IMG/VR virus record: IMGVR_UViG_3300012940_000060
Span: 1-35,139 of that record
Origin: a virus
Taxonomy: Duplodnaviria > Caudoviricetes
Length of the DNA: 35,139 nt
Reading direction: 5' to 3' (one strand)
This document shows, piece after piece, positions 18,069 to 25,975 of this stretch (the stretch's first letter is position 1; each line of letters opens with the position of its first letter). Both the position numbers and the translations under genes were made by a program. The notes under the pieces were generated by a model. That model had not been told where the DNA came from. It searched no databases and saw only the letters and a program-made list of their open reading frames with translations.

Positions 18069-18074
18069 ATCATA
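18069..18074 (-). promoter_or_regulatory. Possible -10 box (TATGAT) for the RM gene
   Basis: 5/6 match to TATAAT about 70 bp upstream of the start in a GC-rich intergenic region; no convincing -35. Confidence 0.4.
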
Positions 18075-18210
18075 CGCGACACGCTTCCCTGCGTCCTGAT
18101 CGCCCCGGACACGCGAACGTAGGACCTTCGGGGGATGCGACCTCGACGAATTGCTCAGGTCCCACCCCTGCGGGCAGGCATGGGGCAGTCTTCGCCCTCC
18201 CGAATCCCAG

Positions 18211-18251
18211 ACACAACAAGCGAGCCGGCGGGGATCACTCCTCGCCGGCTC
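18211..18251 (-). terminator. Probable intrinsic terminator after the tail chaperone genes
   Basis: GAGCCGGCGAGGA-GTGA-TCCCCGCCGGCTC hairpin (one mismatch) 6 nt after the stop, followed by GCTTGTTGTGT. Confidence 0.6.
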
Positions 18252-18257
18252 TCTGTG

Positions 18258-18641
18258 TCAGTAATCCACCTCGACATCCTCGGCGTACTCCCGCATCACA
18301 TCGCCCAGATCGAGCGCCTGCGCTTCGGGATCGATCGCCGTGAACTGCCGTTCGCCCCGATAGTAGAGCTCGAAGATGTCCTCGATGTGGCGGTACTTCG
18401 CCCCCCACGTCTGGCCCTTCCCCGGCTTCGGGCCGTCGTCCGAGACGATCTCCTGCTCGTTGGACTTCGCCTCCACCCAGTCATGGAGCCCCACGACCGC
18501 CAGGTCGAAATCCAGCAGGAGTCCGTCGCTAAGAGTCGGTTCGAGATCCAGATTCAGGATCTGGTGCGGCCTCATACTCACGAACTGGCTCAGCCGGGCG
18601 ATGCGGTACATCAATGACGGGTTTCGGACGATAGATTCGAA
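18258..18641 (-). CDS. Tail assembly chaperone, frameshift extension (gpT-like)
   Basis: Overlaps the upstream chaperone in the +1 frame; open from the TTT CGA site (FESIVRNPSLMYRIARLSQFVSMRPHQIL...LDFDLAV); no clear RBS of its own. Confidence 0.7.
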   Translation of the reverse strand, partial: FESIVRNPSLMYRIARLSQFVSMRPHQILNLDLEPTLSDGLLLDFDLAVVGLHDWVEAKSNEQEIVSDDGPKPGKGQTWGAKYRHIEDIFELYYRGERQFTAIDPEAQALDLGDVMREYAEDVEVDY

Positions 18642-19122
18642 ACTTCTTCGCCGCCGCCGAATCCGCGTTCAGATTCGCATAGAAGATGTCCAGCCGATCC
18701 TCGGCCGCCAGATCCTCGACCCACCAGATCTCGTCAGTCGCGTCCGCCTCATGCTCGGTGAGGCGCGGCTCGATGAACACGGCGAGGCAATAGGCATTGG
18801 CCGCCGGCAGAATCGCCTCGTTGTTGCTGATGCGATCGCGCAGCGTCTCGGTGCTCGTACCGTCCTCGCGGACACGCTTCTGCACCTCGGCGAGCTCCTC
18901 GAGGCCGCGATTCACCGCGTCCTGGAGATGCGACGGGATCTGGTCGATCGACGCCTGCGAGCTCAGGCTGATTCGGCGTACACGCGCCTTCGGCTGCTCG
19001 TCTTCGGGGATGCCGAGGAAGGTCGCCGACAGCGGGAACTCGAAACCGTTCTTCTGCTGATTGGTCTTGTGCGCGATCATCTCGCGACGGGAAAGCAGGC
19101 GCTGTTCGTGCGTCTTGGCCAT
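18529..19122 (-). CDS. Tail assembly chaperone (gpG-like)
   Basis: Directly follows major tail gene; AAGGAG RBS; 'AVFIEPRL...EDL..EDRLDIF' pattern. Confidence 0.8.
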   Translation of the reverse strand: MAKTHEQRLLSRREMIAHKTNQQKNGFEFPLSATFLGIPEDEQPKARVRRISLSSQASIDQIPSHLQDAVNRGLEELAEVQKRVREDGTSTETLRDRISNNEAILPAANAYCLAVFIEPRLTEHEADATDEIWWVEDLAAEDRLDIFYANLNADSAAAKKFRIYRPKPVIDVPHRPAEPVREYEAAPDPESGSRTDS

Positions 19123-19173
19123 TGGGAGGGAGTCTCCTTCGCCGCCTTACGCGGCCTTACGAGAGAGGGAGAG

Positions 19174-19199
19174 GCCGGGGAGTGAACTCACTCCCCGGC
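19174..19199 (-). terminator. Perfect hairpin after the major tail gene (weak terminator or mRNA stabiliser)
   Basis: GCCGGGGAGTGA-ac-TCACTCCCCGGC inverted repeat 6 nt after the stop; C/U-rich tail rather than poly-U. Confidence 0.6.
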
Positions 19200-19205
19200 G
19201 ATCGA

Positions 19206-19766
19206 CTACGCGCCTGGCGCCGCCAGGTTGACCGGCATCACGCCTGCCGTGAGGACCGGCAGCGATGCCATCGTTTCGTAGATGATCATGGTGCCCGCGT
19301 CGTTCTGCGTGAACGAGGTGTTCGCGGTCCAGTTGAAGAAGGTCTCCTGCGCGAAGGACGCGGAGGCCGGAGCCGCCGTGTTGACCGGGGTAGTCACCCG
19401 CACCGCCTGATGCGGATTCTTGTCGGTCGCGACGTTGCGGTAGAAGCCGCTCACGATGAACGCCGGCTGCACGGACGCGCCCGGCTGCTCGTAGCGATCG
19501 ATCGCGCCCGCGCCCGTACCGCTCGTGCTCTTCGTGCCCCCGTTGATGATGACCAGCACGTCAAAGCTCAGGAACGCGAACACGATGTCGCCCGAGCCTT
19601 CACGCGCGCCGTACGCATTGGCGTAGATGCTCGCGTCCGCGCGGAGCGGCGTGCGGCTCGCCGTGATCGACGGCGCCCAGCTCACCACGGCAGGAATGTC
19701 CTTATGGACCGGGGACGCACCAACCGGCGCGACCTGTGCGTGTTCGAGGCTGAATCCAACGGCCAT
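19206..19766 (-). CDS. Major tail (tube) protein
   Basis: 186 aa; GFSLEHAQVAP and TPLRADASIYA match siphovirus tube N-terminal patterns; AAGGAG RBS; precedes chaperones. Confidence 0.8.
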   Translation of the reverse strand: MAVGFSLEHAQVAPVGASPVHKDIPAVVSWAPSITASRTPLRADASIYANAYGAREGSGDIVFAFLSFDVLVIINGGTKSTSGTGAGAIDRYEQPGASVQPAFIVSGFYRNVATDKNPHQAVRVTTPVNTAAPASASFAQETFFNWTANTSFTQNDAGTMIIYETMASLPVLTAGVMPVNLAAPGA

Positions 19767-19771
19767 GACCG

Positions 19772-19987
19772 TTACTCCTTCTCACCGGGCTCACCCGGCA
19801 GTTCATACTCTGTCCATTCGGTCTGGGTGACCAGGTCATACACGTGGATCACCTTTTCCCCCAGACCGCGCCGCTTCGCCAGGCGAACCTCGGCGCACTT
19901 GTGATCCGTGCACCGCATCCGGACGTAACGCGCGTCGCCCGCGAACGCGTGCGTGCGCGCCTTGCACCGAAGCGGCCGCCACGTCAC
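19772..19987 (-). CDS. Small Cys/His zinc-ribbon-like protein (71 aa)
   Basis: GTG overlaps upstream TGA; WRPLRC-x4-H...MRC-x4-C...IHVYDL. Confidence 0.65.
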   Translation of the reverse strand: MTWRPLRCKARTHAFAGDARYVRMRCTDHKCAEVRLAKRRGLGEKVIHVYDLVTQTEWTEYELPGEPGEKE

Positions 19988-20556
19988 ACCCCCGACCAAT
20001 GCGGAATGCGCTCCTGGTCCCTGAGGAAGTCCGTGAACTCGGCGGGATTGCGGAACGTCTCCTGGGACATGACCGGCAGGTCGTACGAGCGCGGGTCCTG
20101 GTGGGGACCGTTTGCTCGATGCGGATTGCGAAACCATCCCCGCGCCTCCGATCGTCGAATCACCGCGACATCCGCCTCGGTGACCTCCTGCATCCAGTTG
20201 TTCTCCACTCGCCACACGTAGCTGTTCGCAAGCGGAATCATGCCGTCGATCGTGGCGTAGATGTACCGGTTCCGCTCGTTCATCGGGCAGTTGCCGATCT
20301 CTGCGCGGAACACTGGCGTCAGCCACTCCCACGCGGGCAGCGACTCGAGGTCATCGGTCAGGATGTCCGTCCCGAACAGGATCTTCACGATGCCCGGCGT
20401 CCTCGGCGTCCGCTTGAGCAGCGCCTCGGCGACCTTCTGATCGACGCCGGCCTGCGAAATCCGGGGAGCACGCCGCTTGATGGCAGCCACGAACGCCGCG
20501 ATGTCGCGGAACGGATGATCCTCACCGATGTACTCGAGTGTGATCCGCGTGGTCAT
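19984..20556 (-). CDS. Hypothetical protein (190 aa) in tail module
   Basis: GGAG RBS, phage-like codon use, tightly packed with neighbours. Confidence 0.7.
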   Translation of the reverse strand: MTTRITLEYIGEDHPFRDIAAFVAAIKRRAPRISQAGVDQKVAEALLKRTPRTPGIVKILFGTDILTDDLESLPAWEWLTPVFRAEIGNCPMNERNRYIYATIDGMIPLANSYVWRVENNWMQEVTEADVAVIRRSEARGWFRNPHRANGPHQDPRSYDLPVMSQETFRNPAEFTDFLRDQERIPHWSGV

Positions 20557-20559
20557 GAG

Positions 20560-20811
20560 CTACTCCGCGTCGGCCGGGACCAGCTTCACCGCGACAGGAC
20601 CGGTCGCCCCGCCCCGGATGCCGAACCCTGCCGGGATCGGCGTCCCCGCGTTGAAGGCCTCGATCACCGCGGCCTGCTCTTCGTCGGTGACGTCGGTCGA
20701 CCACACGTTCGTGACCGGAGCCGCCGGCGCGGCGTCACCCGCAACCAGCCCCGAATCCGTGATCGTGCTGTCGTTCGTCGCCCCGTCATCGCTCGTCTTG
20801 GCTCGTGCCAT
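20560..20811 (-). CDS. Hypothetical acidic protein (83 aa)
   Basis: GGAG RBS, packed between neighbours. Confidence 0.65.
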   Translation of the reverse strand: MARAKTSDDGATNDSTITDSGLVAGDAAPAAPVTNVWSTDVTDEEQAAVIEAFNAGTPIPAGFGIRGGATGPVAVKLVPADAE

Positions 20812-20813
20812 TG

Positions 20814-21293
20814 CTACAACTCCACGCCGGCATAGATCCCCGCCGCCTGGAAGCGAATCCGCTCCACGCGCGCGTTCGAGCTATCCGACAATCCGACCGG
20901 ACCAACCCGGTCGCCAATGCTCAGCTGCACCCCTGTGGTCACGTCCGACCACCGATGCAGACGCGCGATCGTGCGCGCTTCGAGCGTCCTCATGTCCGCA
21001 CGTCCCGTCATGGTGTCCGGGGTGAAGATCCACACGTAGCACCACTCTCGAAACGCGCCGCTTGTCCCGTCATTGGCCTGTCCGCCGCCCGCGTCATCGA
21101 CCATCAGGAGCGTCTTGAGATCCCCGAATTCGAGGTCCCATGCTTCCGGATAGACCGTGCGGCCGGCGCGCCGGATGTCCGTCTCGTACACACCCTTCGA
21201 TGTCGACGCTGCGATGGCGGAGTCCGCCTGCAGGATCGCCGCGATCTCGGGGTCAGTACGGAGGCGCTCGGCGATCGCCGCAACCGGGATCAT
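20814..21293 (-). CDS. Tail terminator-like protein
   Basis: AIAERLRTDPEIAAIL N-terminus; position after the HK97 gp10-like gene. Confidence 0.65.
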   Translation of the reverse strand: MIPVAAIAERLRTDPEIAAILQADSAIAASTSKGVYETDIRRAGRTVYPEAWDLEFGDLKTLLMVDDAGGGQANDGTSGAFREWCYVWIFTPDTMTGRADMRTLEARTIARLHRWSDVTTGVQLSIGDRVGPVGLSDSSNARVERIRFQAAGIYAGVEL

Positions 21294-21649
21294 TTCAGGA
21301 GCCCCTCGATCAGCTTGCCGACCGCTGCCTCGAGCTGTGGCGCCAGATGCTGGACGGTGGGCTCGATGATCGGGAGCGGAGCCATGTTTTCCGTCCCCAA
21401 TTCGAGGAACGGGCCGTATTCGTCGTTTGTCGTGCCGACCACGATCGTCAGCGTGTCTCCGGTCACTTCGTGATCGGAGAACAGCGACTCACGCGCGAAG
21501 TTCGTCTGGTTGTTCCAGGGCGCGTTCATCTTCGCGTACTGCTCGCCCACCGCCGAGACGTTCTGGCCGAGCTCCTCGAGCGCATCCGGCAGAACAGCAA
21601 GCGCTCGCTGAAGCTTTGGCGTGATGTTCTCAGACGTTTTCATGCTCAT
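21290..21649 (-). CDS. HK97 gp10-like tail completion protein
   Basis: AKMNAPWNNQT..ARESL, YGPFLELGT, IIEPT motifs; ATGA overlap at 21649. Confidence 0.8.
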   Translation of the reverse strand: MSMKTSENITPKLQRALAVLPDALEELGQNVSAVGEQYAKMNAPWNNQTNFARESLFSDHEVTGDTLTIVVGTTNDEYGPFLELGTENMAPLPIIEPTVQHLAPQLEAAVGKLIEGLLK

Positions 21650-22044
21650 CGGTTGCTCACCATCACTTCGTAGGTGGCGCGAATCGCACCGTTTCGGACG
21701 ATCACCGCACCGACGATGCGGCACGGCTGGTCCTGCCAGGAGAACCCGTCGCCCTCCTGCGGGAGCGACGTCACGTCGGCCTCCCACAGTCGAATCTCGC
21801 CGGTCGTCGCGACCTCAATCACGCCCTCCGTCCCCGCGGTTCGACGTTCCTCGCGATCGTCGAGCGCGATGCGGATGGGCTTGACGTTGTCCGCAATCAC
21901 GGTGGTGCCGTCCGCCGTCCGCCGCCGGATCGTCACGCGCGCCTCGGGATCCATCGTCAGCTGCGTCGTGGCGTGTCCACGTCGCTTGAGCTGCGCGATC
22001 TTCGAGGCGGCACGATCGGAGATGAACGGCTTCGGCGCTACCAT
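21646..22044 (-). CDS. Head closure / head-tail joining protein
   Basis: VTIRR...LPQEGDGFSWQD beta-rich stopper pattern and synteny. Confidence 0.65.
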   Translation of the reverse strand: MVAPKPFISDRAASKIAQLKRRGHATTQLTMDPEARVTIRRRTADGTTVIADNVKPIRIALDDREERRTAGTEGVIEVATTGEIRLWEADVTSLPQEGDGFSWQDQPCRIVGAVIVRNGAIRATYEVMVSNR

Positions 22045-22439
22045 GACCAGGGAGTCCCGTCACTCATCGCTGGCGAGATCACGGCAACCACGTTGCCGAG
22101 GTTCGGGTTCGCGAGCTCCACCGGAATCTCCGGATCGACCAGCCACGAGACCTTCGCGTAGGCGGCCGAGAGGCCCGCCTGCACGTTGGCGTGCAGCTGG
22201 TTGCGTTTGTAGGAGTCCCCGTCCTCGAACGTCACGTCCATCTCGACATCGAGCGCCATGTCGGCGCGCTTGAACAGGTAGTAGTCCGCGAGATGGTTCG
22301 CCCAGGTCGCCGGAAGCTCCGTCTGCGCCGCATAGATTGCCGCGACCGCATTGAGGACGGGGTCGAGATCAAGCTCGAGCTCCCCGATCAGTTCGGCAAA
22401 CCATGCGTTCAGATAGGCTCCCAGCGCGTCGCGATCCAT
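22038..22439 (-). CDS. Head-tail adaptor protein
   Basis: Helical 133 aa with DGDSYKRNQL motif; follows capsid. Confidence 0.6.
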   Translation of the reverse strand: MDRDALGAYLNAWFAELIGELELDLDPVLNAVAAIYAAQTELPATWANHLADYYLFKRADMALDVEMDVTFEDGDSYKRNQLHANVQAGLSAAYAKVSWLVDPEIPVELANPNLGNVVAVISPAMSDGTPWSW

Positions 22440-22444
22440 CTCGA

Positions 22445-22600
22445 CTACTCCTCGATCGGCTCGCCGTTGGCGTTGACCACGACGCCGCCGACGATGTACC
22501 GCCCACCCGGGACGGTCTCATTCGGAGCCAGCGTCGGCGTTTCGGCCGATTCCGGCGTTCTGGGCGTCTCCGGCGTCTCCTTGTCCTTGGCCGTTGCCAC
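22445..22600 (-). CDS. Small protein (51 aa, ...VPGGRYIVGGVVVNANGEPIEE), absent from the ORF track
   Basis: GGAGGT RBS, GTG start, TAG at 22445-22447; fills the capsid-adaptor gap. Confidence 0.65.
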   Translation of the reverse strand: MATAKDKETPETPRTPESAETPTLAPNETVPGGRYIVGGVVVNANGEPIEE

Positions 22601-22624
22601 GATCACTCACCTCCCCTCAAGGAT

Positions 22625-23689
22625 CTACAGGGACGGCGCCACGTAGGACGCGCCGATGTAGTTGATGGCCGCCTTGTGGCGAACCGCGACGCCGACACCG
22701 AACTCACGGCCATAGGCGGTCGCGCGGAGCGGGAACAGGTCATTCTCGTAGAGAAGACCGAAGCCACCCGCCCCCGAGAGACTTCCGGTACGCGTGCGCA
22801 CCGCGAGCGCGCGATCCGCACCGTTGCCGGTATCGAACGCGAGCTGATACCCGCTCGGAACCCACGGCTTGACCCAGACCTCGGCACCCGCGAAGCGGCC
22901 AATCGCCCGATCGGTCGGATTGGTCACATCGAGCACCGCGCCGATTGCGTAGCGGTCGGTATCCGAGAGGTGGATCCCCGCCTCCTGATAGGCCGAGAAA
23001 TCGGCCAGACCCCGAATCGTCGACTCCTGGGAGCGGTTGATGTAGATCACCACCCCGCCGTCGACGCCGTGCTCGACGACGTTGTCGACGAGCGCCGTGA
23101 GCTGCGCATTGGTCAGCGTCGCCGCCGCCATGAAATGCGTATGTGTGTTCGGGTTGAACGTCTCGAGGTTCGGCCCCGGCGGAATCGCCATGCCGTCCGC
23201 ATTCAGGAGCGCGCGCAGCTGAAGCACGAGCTTCGTTTCGAGCGCGTCCTGGTACGCGAGGTTGTTCGTCGGGGTGAACAGCGCGCGACGAATCTGCCGC
23301 GTGAGATTCACGAGGTCCGCGCTCGCCATCCGGTTGAGCAGCGTCGCGAGCTGACCCACCGAGCTGTTCAGCACGAAGTGCCGGTTCCACTGGATCGCAT
23401 TCCCGAAGAATCGGAGCGGCAGACCCAGCGAGCCACCAGCGGTCGTCTTCTGAACGTCCGGGGAGCCGAACTGGTCGAGCTCCTGGACCGTGAAGTCGCC
23501 GCTGACGCCATACGGCAGCTGATTCTGCGAGGTGACGACCGCGAAGTCGCGGAACATCTCGTCAGCTGCGCGGTTGTAGACCGTGAAGGCCTCGGAAGCA
23601 CGACGCGCGAGCGTCTCCTCCCCGAACTCCTCGACGGTCGAATTGACGTGCTCGAGGTCATCGAGCGTAGAGAGCGTTCCGAAAGGCAT
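22625..23689 (-). CDS. Major capsid protein
   Basis: 354 aa after scaffold and decoration genes; GGAGGGAG RBS; C-terminal REFGVGV..R..A...YI...Y..P. Confidence 0.85.
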   Translation of the reverse strand: MPFGTLSTLDDLEHVNSTVEEFGEETLARRASEAFTVYNRAADEMFRDFAVVTSQNQLPYGVSGDFTVQELDQFGSPDVQKTTAGGSLGLPLRFFGNAIQWNRHFVLNSSVGQLATLLNRMASADLVNLTRQIRRALFTPTNNLAYQDALETKLVLQLRALLNADGMAIPPGPNLETFNPNTHTHFMAAATLTNAQLTALVDNVVEHGVDGGVVIYINRSQESTIRGLADFSAYQEAGIHLSDTDRYAIGAVLDVTNPTDRAIGRFAGAEVWVKPWVPSGYQLAFDTGNGADRALAVRTRTGSLSGAGGFGLLYENDLFPLRATAYGREFGVGVAVRHKAAINYIGASYVAPSL

Positions 23690-23703
23690 CGCTGATCTCC
23701 CTC

Positions 23704-24090
23704 CTAGAACGCCGTGAACTGGATGCGTGTCGCATCCACCACGAATCCGATCGGCAGGTCATCCTCACCGCCGGCGGTATCCAGTCCTCCCGCCACGGTC
23801 GGCGCGAGGAAGACATCGATTCCCGGGGTGAGTCCTGTGCCGTAGCCAAATCGCACGTTTCGATAGATCGTGACCGCCTCGCCAGCGGACGCCGGATGCG
23901 CCGCGATTCCTCGCGCCGTGTCCGGAGTGCCTGCGGCGAGATTGGCCTTGTAGACCCGCCCATCCGCGCGGATCGCGACGATGTCGCCGCCTCCGATCGC
24001 CTCTCCCGCCAGCAGACCTGGGATCTGCTCGTTCTGCGGCGGGAGGGCCGTGGCGAGCGACGGCACCCCGCTCTTGGCAATCGCCGTCAT
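23704..24090 (-). CDS. Head decoration / capsid cement protein
   Basis: AGEAIGGGD...DGRVYKA...GEAVT...LTPG..VFL pattern. Confidence 0.75.
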   Translation of the reverse strand: MTAIAKSGVPSLATALPPQNEQIPGLLAGEAIGGGDIVAIRADGRVYKANLAAGTPDTARGIAAHPASAGEAVTIYRNVRFGYGTGLTPGIDVFLAPTVAGGLDTAGGEDDLPIGFVVDATRIQFTAF

Positions 24091-24102
24091 GTCGCCTGCT
24101 CC

Positions 24103-24726
24103 TTAGAGCCGGAAGCCCGGGCGAGCCCGCAACTTCGCAGCTTCCTTCTCCACGTCAAGCGCCCCACCACCGGCGGGCTTCGGATTCGGTGGATTCCCGG
24201 CGGGCTTGCCTGCCCCGACTTCCTTGGCGAGTTCCTTCGCCTTGTGGAGCTGGGTCATCTTCTCGCTCAGCGGCGCATCGTCAGCAGGTTTCAGCACCTT
24301 CCAGATGGCCTCCGGGATCTCCGTCACCTCCGCCTCGTACTGCGCGGTGAGCACCGTGACGTAGGACTCGTTTTCCGCTTTCAGCGCGTCGCGCTCCGTC
24401 TCCGCAGCCGACTTCGCTTGCTCGAGCGCGGTCTTCGCCTTCTCGTACTCACCCTTGGCCTCGTCGGCCTGGCGCTGACGATCGGCTTCTTCCTGCGCAC
24501 GCTCTTTCGCCGTCTGGTCCTTGATCTTCTGCTCCGACTTGCGTCGTTCCTCGGCGAGGAGCCGATTGAGCTCGGCCTGCTGCTTCGGGTCGAACGTCAC
24601 CTTGTCTTCGGGCGGATCTGCCGGCGGGTTGCCACCAGCTCCCGGATCCGGATCCGGAGAAAGGAACGGCATCGAGAGCGCGAACATCAGTGGATGGCGA
24701 CGGGTATAGAACATCGAATGTCCCAT
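24103..24726 (-). CDS. Capsid scaffolding protein
   Basis: GGAGGT RBS before ATG 24726; TF...ELNRLLAEER coiled coil, GEYEK, Pro/Gly-rich tail. Confidence 0.8.
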   Translation of the reverse strand: MGHSMFYTRRHPLMFALSMPFLSPDPDPGAGGNPPADPPEDKVTFDPKQQAELNRLLAEERRKSEQKIKDQTAKERAQEEADRQRQADEAKGEYEKAKTALEQAKSAAETERDALKAENESYVTVLTAQYEAEVTEIPEAIWKVLKPADDAPLSEKMTQLHKAKELAKEVGAGKPAGNPPNPKPAGGGALDVEKEAAKLRARPGFRL

Positions 24727-24802
24727 CGAATGACCTCCCCGCGCGATCGCCGGCGCGGTACGGACTGACCCGGAACTTGACGGCGCCCGGTGGCCAAGCG
24801 GC

Positions 24803-24837
24803 AAACACAAAAAACGCCCGATCCACTCGGACGGGCG
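24803..24837 (-). terminator. Intrinsic terminator upstream of the scaffold gene
   Basis: CGCCCGTCC-GAGT-GGA(T)CGGGCG followed by TTTTTTGTGTTT. Confidence 0.75.
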
Positions 24838-24904
24838 CATAAAGCGACTGTCGCGAACAGATCGGGCGGGAACCGTGGTTACTGCCCCGAATTGATGTAT
24901 CTAC

Positions 24905-24913
24905 AGCGTAGCA
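24905..24913 (-). promoter_or_regulatory. Extended -10 promoter (TGcTACGCT)
   Basis: TGnTAnnnT pattern in an AT-richer intergenic patch about 70 bp upstream of the terminator. Confidence 0.55.
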
Positions 24914-24925
24914 TATGCCACGCCA

Positions 24926-25120
24926 TTATGGATGCGGATGCTTCTCCGCATGCTTGCCGAGGCGATAGCGCGCCTCGATCCCCGCCACGATCAGGAGGAG
25001 CCCCTGCCGGATCAGCAGCGCGAGCCAGCGCACCCCCTCATCGGACGGGGCTGCCGGCGTCTGGTTAGGCACGGGCACGACGTCGCGGCCGATCCCGACG
25101 GGCTGACTCTTGGCGATCAT
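24926..25120 (-). CDS. Small protein (64 aa; WLALLIRQGLLLIVAGIEARY)
   Basis: AAGGAGG RBS before ATG 25120; ends just before the putative late promoter. Confidence 0.7.
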   Translation of the reverse strand: MIAKSQPVGIGRDVVPVPNQTPAAPSDEGVRWLALLIRQGLLLIVAGIEARYRLGKHAEKHPHP

Positions 25121-25430
25121 GCGGGTCCTCCTTGGTGACTGATGCGACGGTCTCCGCGTGCTCCACGATGTCGGCGAGGTCGCTGGCCGTGAGCGTTGGA
25201 GTGCTCGCCAAAGTGTTCGCCGGCTCTGGCTCCGGAGCCGTCGGCCGCGGGTGATGCGCGATCTTGGCCCGCAGCCAGAGCGCGATCTGCGGCTGGGACT
25301 CCTGCGCCTCAATCGCGAGCGCCTCGACCACCTCGCGTTCGCACTGGAGCTTGTAGGCGTGCAAGAATCCTCGCAACGGGTCGATCACGTGCGGGTCGAC
25401 GTAGATCATGTTCGGTTCCTGCTCAGTCAT
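25065..25430 (-). CDS. Hypothetical protein (121 aa)
   Basis: AAGGGA upstream; overlaps previous stop. Confidence 0.6.
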   Translation of the reverse strand: MTEQEPNMIYVDPHVIDPLRGFLHAYKLQCEREVVEALAIEAQESQPQIALWLRAKIAHHPRPTAPEPEPANTLASTPTLTASDLADIVEHAETVASVTKEDPHDRQESARRDRPRRRARA

Positions 25431-25716
25431 GGTGTGATCCCTTCTGTTCGTGCATCCGCTTGATCCCGAGCAGCTTGGCCGCCTCTTCGACGTCGTTCGT
25501 GATATTCATCGCATCCCTCGCCTGGATGGAGATCACGGCCATCCTGCTCGTGACCGCATTGAAGATCCCTGGGTCGAGTCCAGCGAGTCTCGCGTGCCCC
25601 TGAAACATCCTGATGCGGACACCCGGATCAACGCCCCGCATCTGGAGTTGCTCAAGCAGCGTCACGCCGATCAGCGCGGCATATTCGATGAGCTGTTCTT
25701 CGGTCTTGGTGGTCAT
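25423..25716 (-). CDS. Hypothetical protein (97 aa)
   Basis: GGGGAG RBS before ATG 25716; 3' part of ORF 25423..26052. Confidence 0.65.
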   Translation of the reverse strand: MTTKTEEQLIEYAALIGVTLLEQLQMRGVDPGVRIRMFQGHARLAGLDPGIFNAVTSRMAVISIQARDAMNITNDVEEAAKLLGIKRMHEQKGSHHD

Positions 25717-25745
25717 CGGACGCTCCCCGCGATTGACATCGCCGC

Positions 25746-25751
25746 TATACT
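25746..25751 (+). promoter_or_regulatory. -10 box TATACT ahead of structured element 1
   Basis: 5/6 consensus; the first stem begins 5 nt downstream; no properly spaced -35. Confidence 0.5.
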
Positions 25752-25755
25752 TGCA

Positions 25756-25858
25756 GGTGAAAAGCGGCTCTCGGAGATTGGGACAAAACGAACGCCATCG
25801 CGGCGAAAGCCGAGTTTCCAGGAGTTGTTCGACCTGGGAGAGCCGCAATTCATCCCCA
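25756..25858 (+). ncRNA. Putative structured ncRNA 1, antisense to the late operon
   Basis: GGTGAA/TTCATC plus GCGGCTCTC/GAGAGCCGC closing stem, CGGC-GAAA-GCCG, and a CCAGG/CCTGG hairpin abutting the 3' strand. Confidence 0.6.
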
Positions 25859-25859
25859 C

Positions 25860-25975
25860 CCCCAATCAACTCAGAACGGTGTGATCTGAGCTTCTCGGCT
25901 CTACCGTCGGTATTCCCTCGGGTTGATCGAGAAGCTGTTCCGCAGTCGTTGAGGTCGTGCGTCATACCTTGGAAT
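25860..25975 (-). pseudogene. Possible decayed C-terminal tip of an earlier toxin allele
   Basis: Reads RLRNSFSINPREYRR*SREAQITPF* and leads into the same 11-mer (TGGGGATGAAT) that ends the MuF gene. Confidence 0.35.

Noticed and set aside
25733-25751. TTGACA followed by TATACT on the + strand as a full sigma70 promoter
   Set aside because: The spacer is only 7 bp, not 16-18; only the -10 is retained as a candidate
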